From an uncultured delta proteobacterium (GTDB taxonomy: Bacteria > Myxococcota_A > Polyangia > Fen-1088), in contig CAWCMR010000025.1 of the NCBI GenBank assembly GCA_963796685.1, positions 1,408,001 through 1,472,000 on the forward strand: a stretch of 64,000 bases of DNA. The letters run 5' to 3'. Positions 31,365 to 41,129 of the stretch are shown here, piece by piece. The notes under the pieces are model-generated. The model saw only the letters and a program-made list of their open reading frames with translations. It ran no database searches and was not told where the DNA came from. Position 1 is the first letter of the stretch; each line of letters starts with the position of its first letter. Made by a program: the position numbers and the translations under genes.

Positions 31365-31580
31365 CAGGATGAACCATAATCCCGCGATGACCGCAGAAGG
31401 TCGTAGCCGTGGTCGTGGCCGTGGCCGTGGCCTTGGCCGGTTGTCATTGCCGTCGGCCACGGCCACGGTAAGCCGTCTACGTCCACGACCACCTGTCATC
31501 GCTCCGATTGTGCGCGTGCGTCCGTCGTGGAATGGTGTCTCTTTCTGGTACCTTCCGCGCTGTCGCTCTTCTTGTCGCGA
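31365..31580 (-). repeat. dispersed palindromic repeat, family R1, copy 2
   Basis: Reverse complement matches 8911-9116 (GCGACAAGAAGAGC...AATCGGAGCGATGAC.GGTGGTCGTGGACGTAGACGGCTTACCGTGGCC...CCTTCTGCGG...GGGATTATGGTT). Confidence 0.85.
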
Positions 31581-31603
31581 GACTTGGATGCAGCGGCTCG
31601 TGG

Positions 31604-32005
31604 CTAGCCATTGGCGGTCGGCTGCAGCAGGCGATCCAAGATGAGGCCGAAGAAGTGGCTGCGTGCTTGGCGGAAATGCCAGCCGAGATGCTGGCCGCAC
31701 GAGCCGCACATGGCGTAGCGCCACGCGAAGCCGGGGAACCACGGGTACTCCAGGCTGTCCGGACCGATGATGGTGCAGCCCGCGGCGTAAGCGAAGCAAC
31801 CGATGTGAAACAAGAAGCCGGCAGGGTTCATGAACCTGTGCTCGTGGGCACCCTGGATGGCAATACGGTGGTCGGGGCAGGTGATGGCGATACCGCATGC
31901 GGCACAAGCGATGGCGCGCTCGGACCGCGTGCGATCCTCCAGCTCCGAGCCGGGTCCGGGAACGTCGGCAACCTCCGGGCTTCCGCCTTTGCGTAGTGCG
32001 AACAT
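31604..32005 (-). CDS. cereblon family (CULT/thalidomide-binding domain) protein
   Basis: CAAC and CGSC zinc sites, NPAG, WFPGFAW and HLGWHF aromatic cage. Confidence 0.88.
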   Translation of the reverse strand: MFALRKGGSPEVADVPGPGSELEDRTRSERAIACAACGIAITCPDHRIAIQGAHEHRFMNPAGFLFHIGCFAYAAGCTIIGPDSLEYPWFPGFAWRYAMCGSCGQHLGWHFRQARSHFFGLILDRLLQPTANG

Positions 32006-32134
32006 GGCAGTCTCGGGCTCCCTATTCTTGCATGGTTCGCCACATGTGATCCCTTGACGTACAGCGAGCACCCACTTGCGGGGCGCAAGCGCCGGCACTA
32101 CCTTCTTCAGTGGGAATTTCCCTGCACGACGACC

Positions 32135-34405
32135 ATGGCGGAGAAGAGATCAGGCACGCGCTGTCGCGGCCCACGACTGGGGCTGCTTGCGGACGCCTTC
32201 GACTACGAGTTCCAGATGCGGGTCTTGGGCGCGGCCGAGCGCGCGGCACGCGAGCACGGCCTGGACTTCGTCGCGGTCTCCGGCGGAGTTCTGGGCGTGG
32301 ACCTGCGCGATCCCAAGCGCTTCGTCTACGATTTCATCGGACCCGATTGCGTGGATGCGCTGCTCATCTGCACCCACGTCATCGGACATCACTCGACGCT
32401 GGCCGAGCTGACCGATTTCGTGGCGCGCTTCGATGGCGTGCCGCGGGTTTGCCTCGGGGTCGCGCTGGCGGGCGTGACGACCATGCTGATGGACAACGAG
32501 ACCGGCATGTACAGCGCGGTCAAGCACCTGGTGGAGACGCACCACCTGCGTCGGATTGCCTTCGTGGCCGGACCGGAGGGCAGCGAGGAGGCGCAGGCGC
32601 GCTACCGCGGCTACCGCCGCGCCCTGGCCGAGGGCAAGCTGGCGCTGGATCGACGCTACGTGGTCGCCGGCAACTTCACGCGCGAGTCCGGCGCGCGCGC
32701 GGTCGCGGCCCTGTTCAGCGAGCGCGGCCTCGGGGCCGGCGATATCGATGCCATCGTGTGCGCCGATGATCTCATGGCCTTGGGTGCGCTCGAGGAGCTC
32801 GACCGGCGGGGGCTCAACGTCCCCCGTCAGATCGCGCTGACGGGATTCGACGACACGGAATTTGCCCGCTACGCGCGTGTGCCGCTGACCACGGTTCGCC
32901 AGCCCGTGGATGAGCAGGTTCGCCACGCGGTGGCGGTTCTGGCCGCGGCGGTGCACGGCTCGGAATCCGGGCAACAGGTGCTCACCTTCGAGACCGAGTT
33001 CGTCACGCGCCGCTCTTGCGGCTGTTCCGTGCACCATCGAGAAACCGTCCCCAGCCATGCCACGGCCGCCGAGGGAAAGGAGCTCGGGGTGGCCTTGCGC
33101 GCGCGGCGTGCCACCCTGGTGCGCGATCTCGACCACGCCTCGCACGGTGGGTTCGAATACATCGCGGAAGGCTGGGAGGATCGGCTCTTCGACTCGTTTC
33201 TCTTGCAGCTCAACGATCCCAGCCAGGAATCGTTCCTGGACTGCGTGGAGGGTATTTGCTACGAGCTGCTCAGGAATGGCAGCGAGGTGGGCGCCGCGCA
33301 GGACGTGCTGGTCGCCTTCAGGCGCCACATCATGGCCTGTGCCAGCGACGTGGACGTCCGCGCCCGCATCGAAGACCTGTTGCAAGAGGCGCTTCTGTCT
33401 GCCAGCGATCTGGCGGCCATCGCCCAGTCGCGCAGGCGCAGCGCCCTCATGGATCGCATGACCATGCTGGCCGAGACCACCGCGGCTTTGCTGGCCGCGC
33501 CCGATGTGAGCACGCTGGCGGAGACGGCCGCGCACCACCTGCCGGGTCTGGGCATCGGCGCGGGCGTGATCGCGCTCTTCACGCAGCCGGGAAAAGTCGG
33601 TGACGAGCTCGAAACCGCACTGGTCTTCACCGAGCAAGGCAAGCAACAAGCACCTGTCCGATACCGATCCCGGCTGCTGGCGCCATCGGACTTTCTCGAC
33701 GGTCGCTCGGTCGTCGTGGAGCCGCTCGGTTTTCGTGGCGAATGCCTCGGCCTGGCCCTGCTCGAGTATGGCGCCGCCGATTCGATGGTCTACGAGGACC
33801 TGCGCCTGGTCCTGGGCGCGGCCCTCAAGGGCGCCCAGCTCATTCGGGCGGTCGAGGACGCGCGCAAGGAGGTGGAGGCCCTGGCGGTCACCGATCCGCT
33901 CACCGGGCTGTACAATCGTCGTCACCTCATCCGTCGACTGGAGAGCGAGTTCGCACGCGCGCGTCGGCACATGCGCTGCATGAGCCTGATCGTCGTCGAC
34001 CTGGACGGCTTCAAGCAGGTCAACGATCAGCACGGCCACGACGCCGGTGACCGCGTGCTCTTGCGCGTGGCCGAACGCTTGCGCCGCAGCCTGCGCGAGT
34101 TCGATACCGTGGCTCGATACGGAGGCGACGAATTCGTGATCCTGCTGCCCGAGACGGACGGGGCCCAGGCGCGCGCAGCGGCCGAGCGCATTCGCCAGAG
34201 CGTGATCGGCGAGCCCATCGACAAGCAAGGCGTGGTGGGCGCCACCTTTGGCGTGGCGACCTTCGATCCCGCGACGATGAGCTTCGATCAGGAGGAGCTT
34301 CTGCGCCGGGCCGATCGCGCCCTGCTCATGGGCAAGCGCGCGGGCAAGGGGCGCATCCTGCACTTCGACGACTCGGTCACCCAGACCACTTGGCCATCCA
34401 TGTAA
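32135..34405 (+). CDS. diguanylate cyclase with N-terminal LacI-type sugar-binding domain
   Basis: DNETG, RIAFVAGP, CADDLMA, TGFDD, LTTVRQP (LacI-like, no HTH); DPLTGLYNRR, REFD I-site, GGDEF. Confidence 0.9.
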   Translation: MAEKRSGTRCRGPRLGLLADAFDYEFQMRVLGAAERAAREHGLDFVAVSGGVLGVDLRDPKRFVYDFIGPDCVDALLICTHVIGHHSTLAELTDFVARFDGVPRVCLGVALAGVTTMLMDNETGMYSAVKHLVETHHLRRIAFVAGPEGSEEAQARYRGYRRALAEGKLALDRRYVVAGNFTRESGARAVAALFSERGLGAGDIDAIVCADDLMALGALEELDRRGLNVPRQIALTGFDDTEFARYARVPLTTVRQPVDEQVRHAVAVLAAAVHGSESGQQVLTFETEFVTRRSCGCSVHHRETVPSHATAAEGKELGVALRARRATLVRDLDHASHGGFEYIAEGWEDRLFDSFLLQLNDPSQESFLDCVEGICYELLRNGSEVGAAQDVLVAFRRHIMACASDVDVRARIEDLLQEALLSASDLAAIAQSRRRSALMDRMTMLAETTAALLAAPDVSTLAETAAHHLPGLGIGAGVIALFTQPGKVGDELETALVFTEQGKQQAPVRYRSRLLAPSDFLDGRSVVVEPLGFRGECLGLALLEYGAADSMVYEDLRLVLGAALKGAQLIRAVEDARKEVEALAVTDPLTGLYNRRHLIRRLESEFARARRHMRCMSLIVVDLDGFKQVNDQHGHDAGDRVLLRVAERLRRSLREFDTVARYGGDEFVILLPETDGAQARAAAERIRQSVIGEPIDKQGVVGATFGVATFDPATMSFDQEELLRRADRALLMGKRAGKGRILHFDDSVTQTTWPSM

Positions 34406-34457
34406 ACACCATCGCCCGCCCTCGACGAGGCGGCGGTTCGTGTCGTAACCTTGGTCC

Positions 34458-34829
34458 ATGCACACGCTTCTTCACATCGCCATCCTGGCCATCACGGTTC
34501 TCGCCGTTGCGCGTTTCGTGCCCGACGTGGAGGTCAAAGGCGTCGGAACCGCCGTCGTGGTTTCAATCGTATTCAGCGTGCTCAACTTCTTCCTCGGCTG
34601 GGTGATTCACGCCGTGCTCTTCGTGCCGGCCTTGCTGACCCTGGGCTTGCTGTTCCTCTTCATCCCGTTCATCGTCAACACGACGATGCTGTGGCTCACG
34701 GACAAGCTCATCCGGGCCTTCGAAATCAAGAGCCTGCGCGCGCTGCTGACGTCGGCCGCCGCTATCACGATCGTGAACTGGCTCTTTCAAGCCGCCGTCC
34801 ACGGCCGCCATTTGCCCGGGTGGCGCTAA
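34458..34829 (+). CDS. YvlD/DUF360 (phage holin family-like) 4-TM membrane protein
   Basis: Four hydrophobic segments, LLTLGLLFL...VN motif. Confidence 0.8.
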   Translation: MHTLLHIAILAITVLAVARFVPDVEVKGVGTAVVVSIVFSVLNFFLGWVIHAVLFVPALLTLGLLFLFIPFIVNTTMLWLTDKLIRAFEIKSLRALLTSAAAITIVNWLFQAAVHGRHLPGWR

Positions 34830-34867
34830 CGGTCATGCGAACGGACCTTGGATCCGAACCTCTCTTT

Positions 34868-37800
34868 CTATTTCTGCGAGACGCTGGGGACGGGGTGCTG
34901 GAGCACCATGAGGGTTTGCACCGACTGCACCTCGTTGGCCTCGCGGGCAAAGACCTGGATGAGGTTGCTTCCCGGCCACAGGGGCACGTCGGTCTCGAAC
35001 GCCAGGCTCGTCTTTCCGCCCCGATTCGGCAGGTAGAAGACCTTCTTGGGCGGTAACTTGGACTCGCGATTCCACACCCGCACGTAGATGTCCTTGACCT
35101 CGGTGTTGTCGGTGGCGTTGCCCTTGATGTGGACCACGTTGCCGGTTGCCACGGTGGGGGCGCTGACCGTGAGCACGGGCGGGGTGGCGTCCCATTGTAG
35201 GCGGTAAGACGGACTGCCGCCCCCGCCGCGCGAGACATCCGCGGTCGACACGAAGGCCGGGCGGCCACTTTCCAGGTCGACGCGCTCGAAGCCAGTGAGC
35301 TTGCCGGTGGCGCGGAACGAGCTCCCTTTGTTGGCGTAACCGAGAAGAAGGGCGTCCGCCGAAGGCGATTCGCGCAAGGCCACGTTCGCCTTGTTGGCCG
35401 TCACCATGCCCTCGTCGGGCGTGGGCGCGGGCCCCGGCCCGGCAATCTTGATCTTGATCTTGTCCGAGATGGACTCGCCGAGCACGGTGTCGGCTACCAT
35501 CAGCTCGAGCTGATAGTCGCTGCCCGCATAGTCGTTGCCGACCTCGTACACGAACGAGAAATCCTTGGTCGCCCCCGGCGCCAAATCCTTGGCCTCGAAA
35601 CGCCCGGCGCTGATGAGAATGCCTTCCTGTCCGGCGCCGTTGCGCACGATGGCCTCGGTGTGCAGCGCCGTGCCCGCGCCGATGTTCTTGACTCTGACCA
35701 GGGTGCGCACGCGCTCGCCCTTCTGGACGCGGCCGTCATGGTTTCCGGCAACATCGTCGATGGTCTGGTACGTGTAGGCGAAAAGTGGGCGCGGCTTGCC
35801 CTCGATGTTGAGGGTCATCTCCGTGCCATTCGCGTGCAACTTTCCCTGCCCCATGAACTCCGCCCGGATCATGTCGGTGCGGGTGAGGCTGTTGCGCGGC
35901 ACCTTCACGGCCAGGTCGTAGGTCTTGCTGGCCCCCGGGGCAATCTTGCCGAACACCATTTCGTTTTCGTCGAAGAGCAGATTGTCGCTGTGAAGGACCG
36001 CGCGCACCCGGTACACCGTGGTGGCGCCGGTGTTCTTGACCGTGCCCCGGATCTTGATCGCCTGTCCTGCCCCGACCTTGGCATCGCCACCCAGAAGCGC
36101 GAGGGTAGCCTGGACGTCGCCTTCGGACGATGCCGGTCCCTGACTCCAGTCCACGCCCAGCTTTTCGAGGGCGAGTGACAGCTTCTTGTCTTGCTCCGCG
36201 CGCGCCTTGTCGATGAACTGCTTGGATTGGACCAACAACTCTTCGCGCCGCGGCGATTTGGCCTGGGCAACCAGATCGCGCGCCAGCTCGATGGGGTAGT
36301 CGATGCGCGCGTCATCGTCGGGCTCGTCGGCGTCGTCCTCGTCCGCATCGGCGTCCGGGTCGTCGTCGTCGGCATCGGCATGGTGGCGATCCTTGCCTGG
36401 CGGCGGAACGTAGAGGTACGACAGCGTCTCGAACGGCCGACTGCCCTTCTGCGCGTTGGGGTTTTGCAGATGCCACTCGTAGTCCGACTCCTGGCGCCTG
36501 CGCGTCGAGGGTTGCAGGCTGATCCATGCCTCGTCGCTCTTCTTCTCGACGCGCATGCGGTCGAGCTCGATGTCCGGGGTCACGCCCACGCCTTGGATCG
36601 AAACGTCACCCGGCGTGAGGTACTGCGCGGTGGTGAGCTTGAGGCCGAGCTTGTCGTCCTCGCTGTGCTTGCCGAAGGGTACCGGCGAGGGGATATCGAA
36701 CAGCATCTGCACCGAGCCCTTGCCGAAGGTCGTCTCACCGATGATGACGCCGCGGTCGAGATTCTTGAGCGCGCCGGCGACGATTTCGGAGGCGCTGGCC
36801 GAGGTCTGGCTGACCAGCACCGCGAGCGGCAGCTTGGTGTCTCCGTTGCGGGTGGCGTGCTCGTCCTTGCGTTGCGACCCGCCGGGACCGACCATGGAAA
36901 CCAGCACGCCCGAATCGATGAAGGCATCGGCCACCTTCTGCGCTTGGTCGTAAAGACCGCCGGGATTGCCGCGCAAATCCATGACCAGGCCCTTGACCTT
37001 CTCATGCTCGAAGTAGCTCATGGCCTTGGTCAAGTCGGACTCGGTGTTGGCGGAAAAGCTGACGATGCGGAAGTAGCCGACTTTCGTCGCCGGTTGGTTA
37101 CCCGCGGCAGGCACCGTCAAGATGCGCGGCGGCGGATCGATGGCCGGCGGACGAATATAGTCGCGAACGATGGTGAATTTCTTGGGCGTCTGCAATCCTG
37201 CGCGATCGATGTAGACATCGACGGGCGAGCCCACGTCGCCGCGCAGCCGGTCCACCGCTTCCTGCAAGGTCATGTTCATGGTGGATTCGTTGTTGATGCG
37301 GACGATGTGGTCCTTGGCCTTGAGGCCGATGCGCATGGCCGGTGTGTCGGGCATGGGCTTCTTGACCGTGATGCGCCCCTTGCGATCCATCTCGATGACG
37401 ATGCCGAGACCGCCGAACTTGCCCTGGGTCGTGGTGCGCATGTCCTTGAAGCTGTCGACATCGAGCAACACCGAGTGCGGGTCGAGGGTGTAGAGCATGC
37501 CGTTGGTCGCGGTCATTTCGATGTCGACCAGGTGGCGTGCCCGATCCTTGCTCGGCACGGGGCGCAAACGCGGCTCGATGAATGCGAAGATGTCCTTGAT
37601 CGTGCTGCGCAGGCTCCAGGGCGAGTCCACGCGCTCGATGGAAAACACCTTCTGCTCGCCGTTGACCTTGACCGTCACCTGTTTGGGGTCGCGTTCGGGA
37701 AAGCGGTCGACCAGAATCTCCGGGACATCGCGCTGCAAGAAATCCAGCGCGCCCACCAGCATGCGCTTGGGGTCGGGGCGGGTGCGATCGAAGTACTGAC

Positions 37801-37993
37801 TGTTCACATAGTACAGGGTCTTGCTGAAGATCTGAGCTTGCGCGAGATCGTACCCCCCCTCGTCGGAGTGCACCGCCGCGCTCAGCGACGGTTCGGCGGC
37901 CAGGCGGATGTCCTGACCGCGGTGCTCGATAGTCAGGATCAGGGCGAGGGCAGAGACACCCACCAATACAATCAGCTTGCGGAAGCGGTGCAT
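34868..37993 (-). CDS. S41 carboxy-terminal processing protease, MXAN_5808-like, with PDZ and C-terminal beta domains
   Basis: LDPHS, FGGLGI (PDZ), DLRGNPGG, ASASEI, TFGKGSVQ. Confidence 0.9.
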   Translation of the reverse strand: MHRFRKLIVLVGVSALALILTIEHRGQDIRLAAEPSLSAAVHSDEGGYDLAQAQIFSKTLYYVNSQYFDRTRPDPKRMLVGALDFLQRDVPEILVDRFPERDPKQVTVKVNGEQKVFSIERVDSPWSLRSTIKDIFAFIEPRLRPVPSKDRARHLVDIEMTATNGMLYTLDPHSVLLDVDSFKDMRTTTQGKFGGLGIVIEMDRKGRITVKKPMPDTPAMRIGLKAKDHIVRINNESTMNMTLQEAVDRLRGDVGSPVDVYIDRAGLQTPKKFTIVRDYIRPPAIDPPPRILTVPAAGNQPATKVGYFRIVSFSANTESDLTKAMSYFEHEKVKGLVMDLRGNPGGLYDQAQKVADAFIDSGVLVSMVGPGGSQRKDEHATRNGDTKLPLAVLVSQTSASASEIVAGALKNLDRGVIIGETTFGKGSVQMLFDIPSPVPFGKHSEDDKLGLKLTTAQYLTPGDVSIQGVGVTPDIELDRMRVEKKSDEAWISLQPSTRRRQESDYEWHLQNPNAQKGSRPFETLSYLYVPPPGKDRHHADADDDDPDADADEDDADEPDDDARIDYPIELARDLVAQAKSPRREELLVQSKQFIDKARAEQDKKLSLALEKLGVDWSQGPASSEGDVQATLALLGGDAKVGAGQAIKIRGTVKNTGATTVYRVRAVLHSDNLLFDENEMVFGKIAPGASKTYDLAVKVPRNSLTRTDMIRAEFMGQGKLHANGTEMTLNIEGKPRPLFAYTYQTIDDVAGNHDGRVQKGERVRTLVRVKNIGAGTALHTEAIVRNGAGQEGILISAGRFEAKDLAPGATKDFSFVYEVGNDYAGSDYQLELMVADTVLGESISDKIKIKIAGPGPAPTPDEGMVTANKANVALRESPSADALLLGYANKGSSFRATGKLTGFERVDLESGRPAFVSTADVSRGGGGSPSYRLQWDATPPVLTVSAPTVATGNVVHIKGNATDNTEVKDIYVRVWNRESKLPPKKVFYLPNRGGKTSLAFETDVPLWPGSNLIQVFAREANEVQSVQTLMVLQHPVPSVSQK

Positions 37994-38224
37994 GAACGAC
38001 TCCGAGTTCTCCGGGGCGTGCGGCTTTGGGCCGTCGATGAGATCCATTGTGGAATGGCGGATGATAGCAAGAGGTAGCCCCCGCGTCGCTGGATTGTGAT
38101 GAGAACCCTCGGGAAGGTTTGCTCCAGGAGGGTTCGTTTCGGCCTCGGCAACGCCAGTCCGCCCTGCCCCCCCGCGCCACAGCGACGAAGTCGGCGGGCG
38201 AAGCCGGCTTCGCCCATGCGGTCG

Positions 38225-39769
38225 TTAGCTCGAACGTGTGGAGCTCGGGCGGAGAGGTACCTTGGGCAACTCCGGATCCGACCCTGCCACCACCAGGTTC
38301 CGCCCGCCGCGCTTGGCCGCGTACAGGGCCATGTCGGCACTGGCCAGCAGCATTTCCCCCGTGGCGGTGGATCCAGGTTGCAAGGTGGCGTGGCCGGCGG
38401 ACGTGGTCACGCGCAGGACCGAGCCCCCGCCAATCTCATGGACCGCCTCGGCCACCCGGCGGCGCAGGCGCTCGGCCACGATGGCCGCCCCCGGTGCGTC
38501 GGTGCTTGGCAGAAGCAGGACGAACTCTTCCCCGCCATAGCGGGCGGTGATGTCGGTGGGGCGCATGCGGCCGCCCAGGACCTTGGCAACCCCGGTAAGC
38601 ACCTTGTCGCCCGCTTGGTGGCCGTAGGTGTCGTTCACGTTCTTGAAGTGATCGATGTCGAAGAGAATGAGGCTCAGCGGCGCGCGCTCGACCGACGCCT
38701 GCGCGACTTTCTGGACGAGGGCATGGTCGAAATAGCCCCGGTTGTAGAGTCCGGTCATGCCATCGCGGTGCGCCTCGTGCTCGAGGGACTTGGCCTTGGC
38801 TTCCAGCGAACCCATGGCTTCCCTGGCGTCGTGGACTTGGCGATTGGCCGCGAGCGCCAGGATGAGCAGGGTTTCCTTGGCCTGGTCCAGGATGCCCGAG
38901 AGCTCCTCGGGCGAGCCGATCTCCATGTCGAAGTAGTCGGCCACCTCCTCACTTCGTATCGCCACTTGGCACAAGGTCGCGTCCAACCTGAGGTCGTCGA
39001 TCTGCAACAGGCGCGAGGAGGTGGTCCGGAGGGCCTTCATCGCCTCCGCGGCGTCGGCCTCGATCCACACGTCGGCCACCTCGCCCGAGATGGCTACCAG
39101 GCGCACCAGGTGGGCGATGTCCGCGTGCGTGCCTTCGGGCAGGTTCTCGGGGGCGTGGCTGCCCGCGATGGCCGCGCACAGGCTCTCCGGCAGTTTCCAG
39201 CGCTCGGCCAACCAGGCGCCGACGGACGCGTGATCTTCGCCGAAAAGCGCCCGTTCGCCGTCGGCCAGGGCAGTATGGCGGATCCCGGGGCGCGCCAAGG
39301 TCGTGTACTCGGTGCCCGCCAGTTGGCGCATGGCCAAGATGCCGATGTCCTGCAAGAGCGCCCCCAGAAAGGCTTCCTCGCCCAGGCGATAGTTGGAGGC
39401 GGCGGCCAGCTCGCGGGCGGCCACGGCCGACAACAAGGAGCGCTTCCAGAACCAGGTAAGCGCCTTCCTGTCGCGGCTCTGCAATCCCTTGACCAGGGAG
39501 AAGGACAAGGCCAGCGGACGAACTGCCGACAGGCCGAGAAGGCAGATGGCGTGAGAAACCGTGCGCACTTGGCACTTGAGGCCGTACATGGGCGAGTTGG
39601 TCAGCCGCAGAATCTTGGCCGACAGGGCCGGATCGCTGCCGATGAGCTTCGCGATCTCGCCCATGTCGGGCTCGTCGCGCTGGCACAGGTCCAGGATTTG
39701 GATCGCGACCGCCGGCATGCTCGGCAGGTCGGCGCATTTCGCAAGCTTTTCCCGGACACCCATGCCCAT
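38225..39769 (-). CDS. HDOD-GGDEF diguanylate cyclase
   Basis: LPSMP, DPALSAKILRLTNS, LLQDIG (HDOD); DGMTGLYNR, DIDHFK, RPTD I-site, GGEEF. Confidence 0.92.
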   Translation of the reverse strand: MGMGVREKLAKCADLPSMPAVAIQILDLCQRDEPDMGEIAKLIGSDPALSAKILRLTNSPMYGLKCQVRTVSHAICLLGLSAVRPLALSFSLVKGLQSRDRKALTWFWKRSLLSAVAARELAAASNYRLGEEAFLGALLQDIGILAMRQLAGTEYTTLARPGIRHTALADGERALFGEDHASVGAWLAERWKLPESLCAAIAGSHAPENLPEGTHADIAHLVRLVAISGEVADVWIEADAAEAMKALRTTSSRLLQIDDLRLDATLCQVAIRSEEVADYFDMEIGSPEELSGILDQAKETLLILALAANRQVHDAREAMGSLEAKAKSLEHEAHRDGMTGLYNRGYFDHALVQKVAQASVERAPLSLILFDIDHFKNVNDTYGHQAGDKVLTGVAKVLGGRMRPTDITARYGGEEFVLLLPSTDAPGAAIVAERLRRRVAEAVHEIGGGSVLRVTTSAGHATLQPGSTATGEMLLASADMALYAAKRGGRNLVVAGSDPELPKVPLRPSSTRSS

Positions 39770-39865
39770 GGTCTGAAGTGAATACTCGACAGGCTGTCGG
39801 GGCTTCTGTAGGCGAGTTCGCAGACGGCTGGGCGTGCCGGCACAAGCAGGCTATGCTCGGCCGCG

Positions 39866-41116
39866 ATGACCGAGCCACAGAAGACCACCGAGCACGTCCA
39901 CTTCATGCGACAGTTGCGGCTATTTCTCGAAGAGATCTGCTGCGAGATATGCCGTTTCCAGGTGGTCGGGCATCATGACCTCGGCGCCGAGGGCGTGCGC
40001 ATCTCGCGCGAGGTCGACCTGGGCGTGCCGGGAGCCTTCGCCGACGTGGTGGTGCGCGCGCCGGGCCGCCCGCCTTTCTTCGTCGAGGTAAAATACGGGT
40101 ACGCAGGCGACCGCATGGTCGAGCACTTCATCCGCAAGTACCAGCAGCCTTCGCCGCTGGTGCCGGACGCCGATCGCATCATCGTGGTGGTCGACCGGGC
40201 GGAGCGTTCGGACTGGACGCAACTCGAGTCGCGCTTGCGTCAGGTGACGCACCCGGCGCTCAGGTTGGAGTTCTGGGACGAAGGCCGCCTGCAAGAGCTG
40301 GTGGCCGAGTGCTTCGGCGTGAAGCTGGGGGAGGTGAGCAACGACGGACTCAACGAGCTACGCAACGCCATCGACGACATCAAATGGCGCTGGGCCTTCG
40401 GCGAACGCCACGTCGAAAGCCCACTCAAGACCTCGCTGCTGTGGCATTTCGGTTACTCGCGCCTGCTTCAGCTGCACAAGGTGCACAAGTTCGCGCCCGA
40501 GCAAATCCTGCCGGCGCGCCGGTTCCGCAACGCCGTGGTCTTGCTGGCCGACCTCTCGTCGTTCTCCAGCTTCGTGCGCGACACGCGCGACGACGAGGTC
40601 ATGCGCAACGCCTTAACCACGTTCTACTCGAACTCGCGCTACGCCGTGATCAACACGGGCGGCATGATGGTCCAGTTCGTGGGCGACGAGGTGCTGGCCC
40701 TGTTCGGCGTTCCCGACGTGCAGGACGGGTACGTCCAACGCGCCCTCGAATGCGCGCGCTCGCTGCTCCAGATCGGCAGCTCGGTGTCCAACCGGTGGCA
40801 GCGCGAGATCGATCGCATCCAACCCTCGGGCGGCGTGCACATCGGCATGGCCATGGGCGACATCCAGTCCGTGCTGTACCGTCCGTTCTGCCGCAGCCAC
40901 GTCGGCATCGTGGGCGACGCCGTCAACCTTGCCGCGCGCCTTCTGGCCCAGGCCGCGACCGACGAGATCGTCGTGTCCAACACCTACTTCCAGACCATGC
41001 CCGACCGCGACCAGCTCGGCTTCCAGGAAATGGAGCCTCTCGAGGCCAAGAACGTCGGTCTCATCAAGGCGTGGAAGCTCGAACAGCGGTCGAGCTACTC
41101 GACGCGCGGGGCGTGA
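39866..41116 (+). CDS. class III nucleotide cyclase with N-terminal PD-(D/E)XK (Mrr-like) domain
   Basis: Cyclase: LLADLSSFS, FVGDEV, HIG, GDAVNLAARL, EAKN. N-terminus: ADVVV...VEVKY and LEFWDEGRL. Confidence 0.8.
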   Translation: MTEPQKTTEHVHFMRQLRLFLEEICCEICRFQVVGHHDLGAEGVRISREVDLGVPGAFADVVVRAPGRPPFFVEVKYGYAGDRMVEHFIRKYQQPSPLVPDADRIIVVVDRAERSDWTQLESRLRQVTHPALRLEFWDEGRLQELVAECFGVKLGEVSNDGLNELRNAIDDIKWRWAFGERHVESPLKTSLLWHFGYSRLLQLHKVHKFAPEQILPARRFRNAVVLLADLSSFSSFVRDTRDDEVMRNALTTFYSNSRYAVINTGGMMVQFVGDEVLALFGVPDVQDGYVQRALECARSLLQIGSSVSNRWQREIDRIQPSGGVHIGMAMGDIQSVLYRPFCRSHVGIVGDAVNLAARLLAQAATDEIVVSNTYFQTMPDRDQLGFQEMEPLEAKNVGLIKAWKLEQRSSYSTRGA

Positions 41117-41129
41117 CGGCGGAGCATCG

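Noticed and set aside
34458-34829. Holin-like gene as evidence of a prophage
   Set aside because: YvlD/DUF360 proteins are common chromosomal membrane proteins; no endolysin or structural genes nearby
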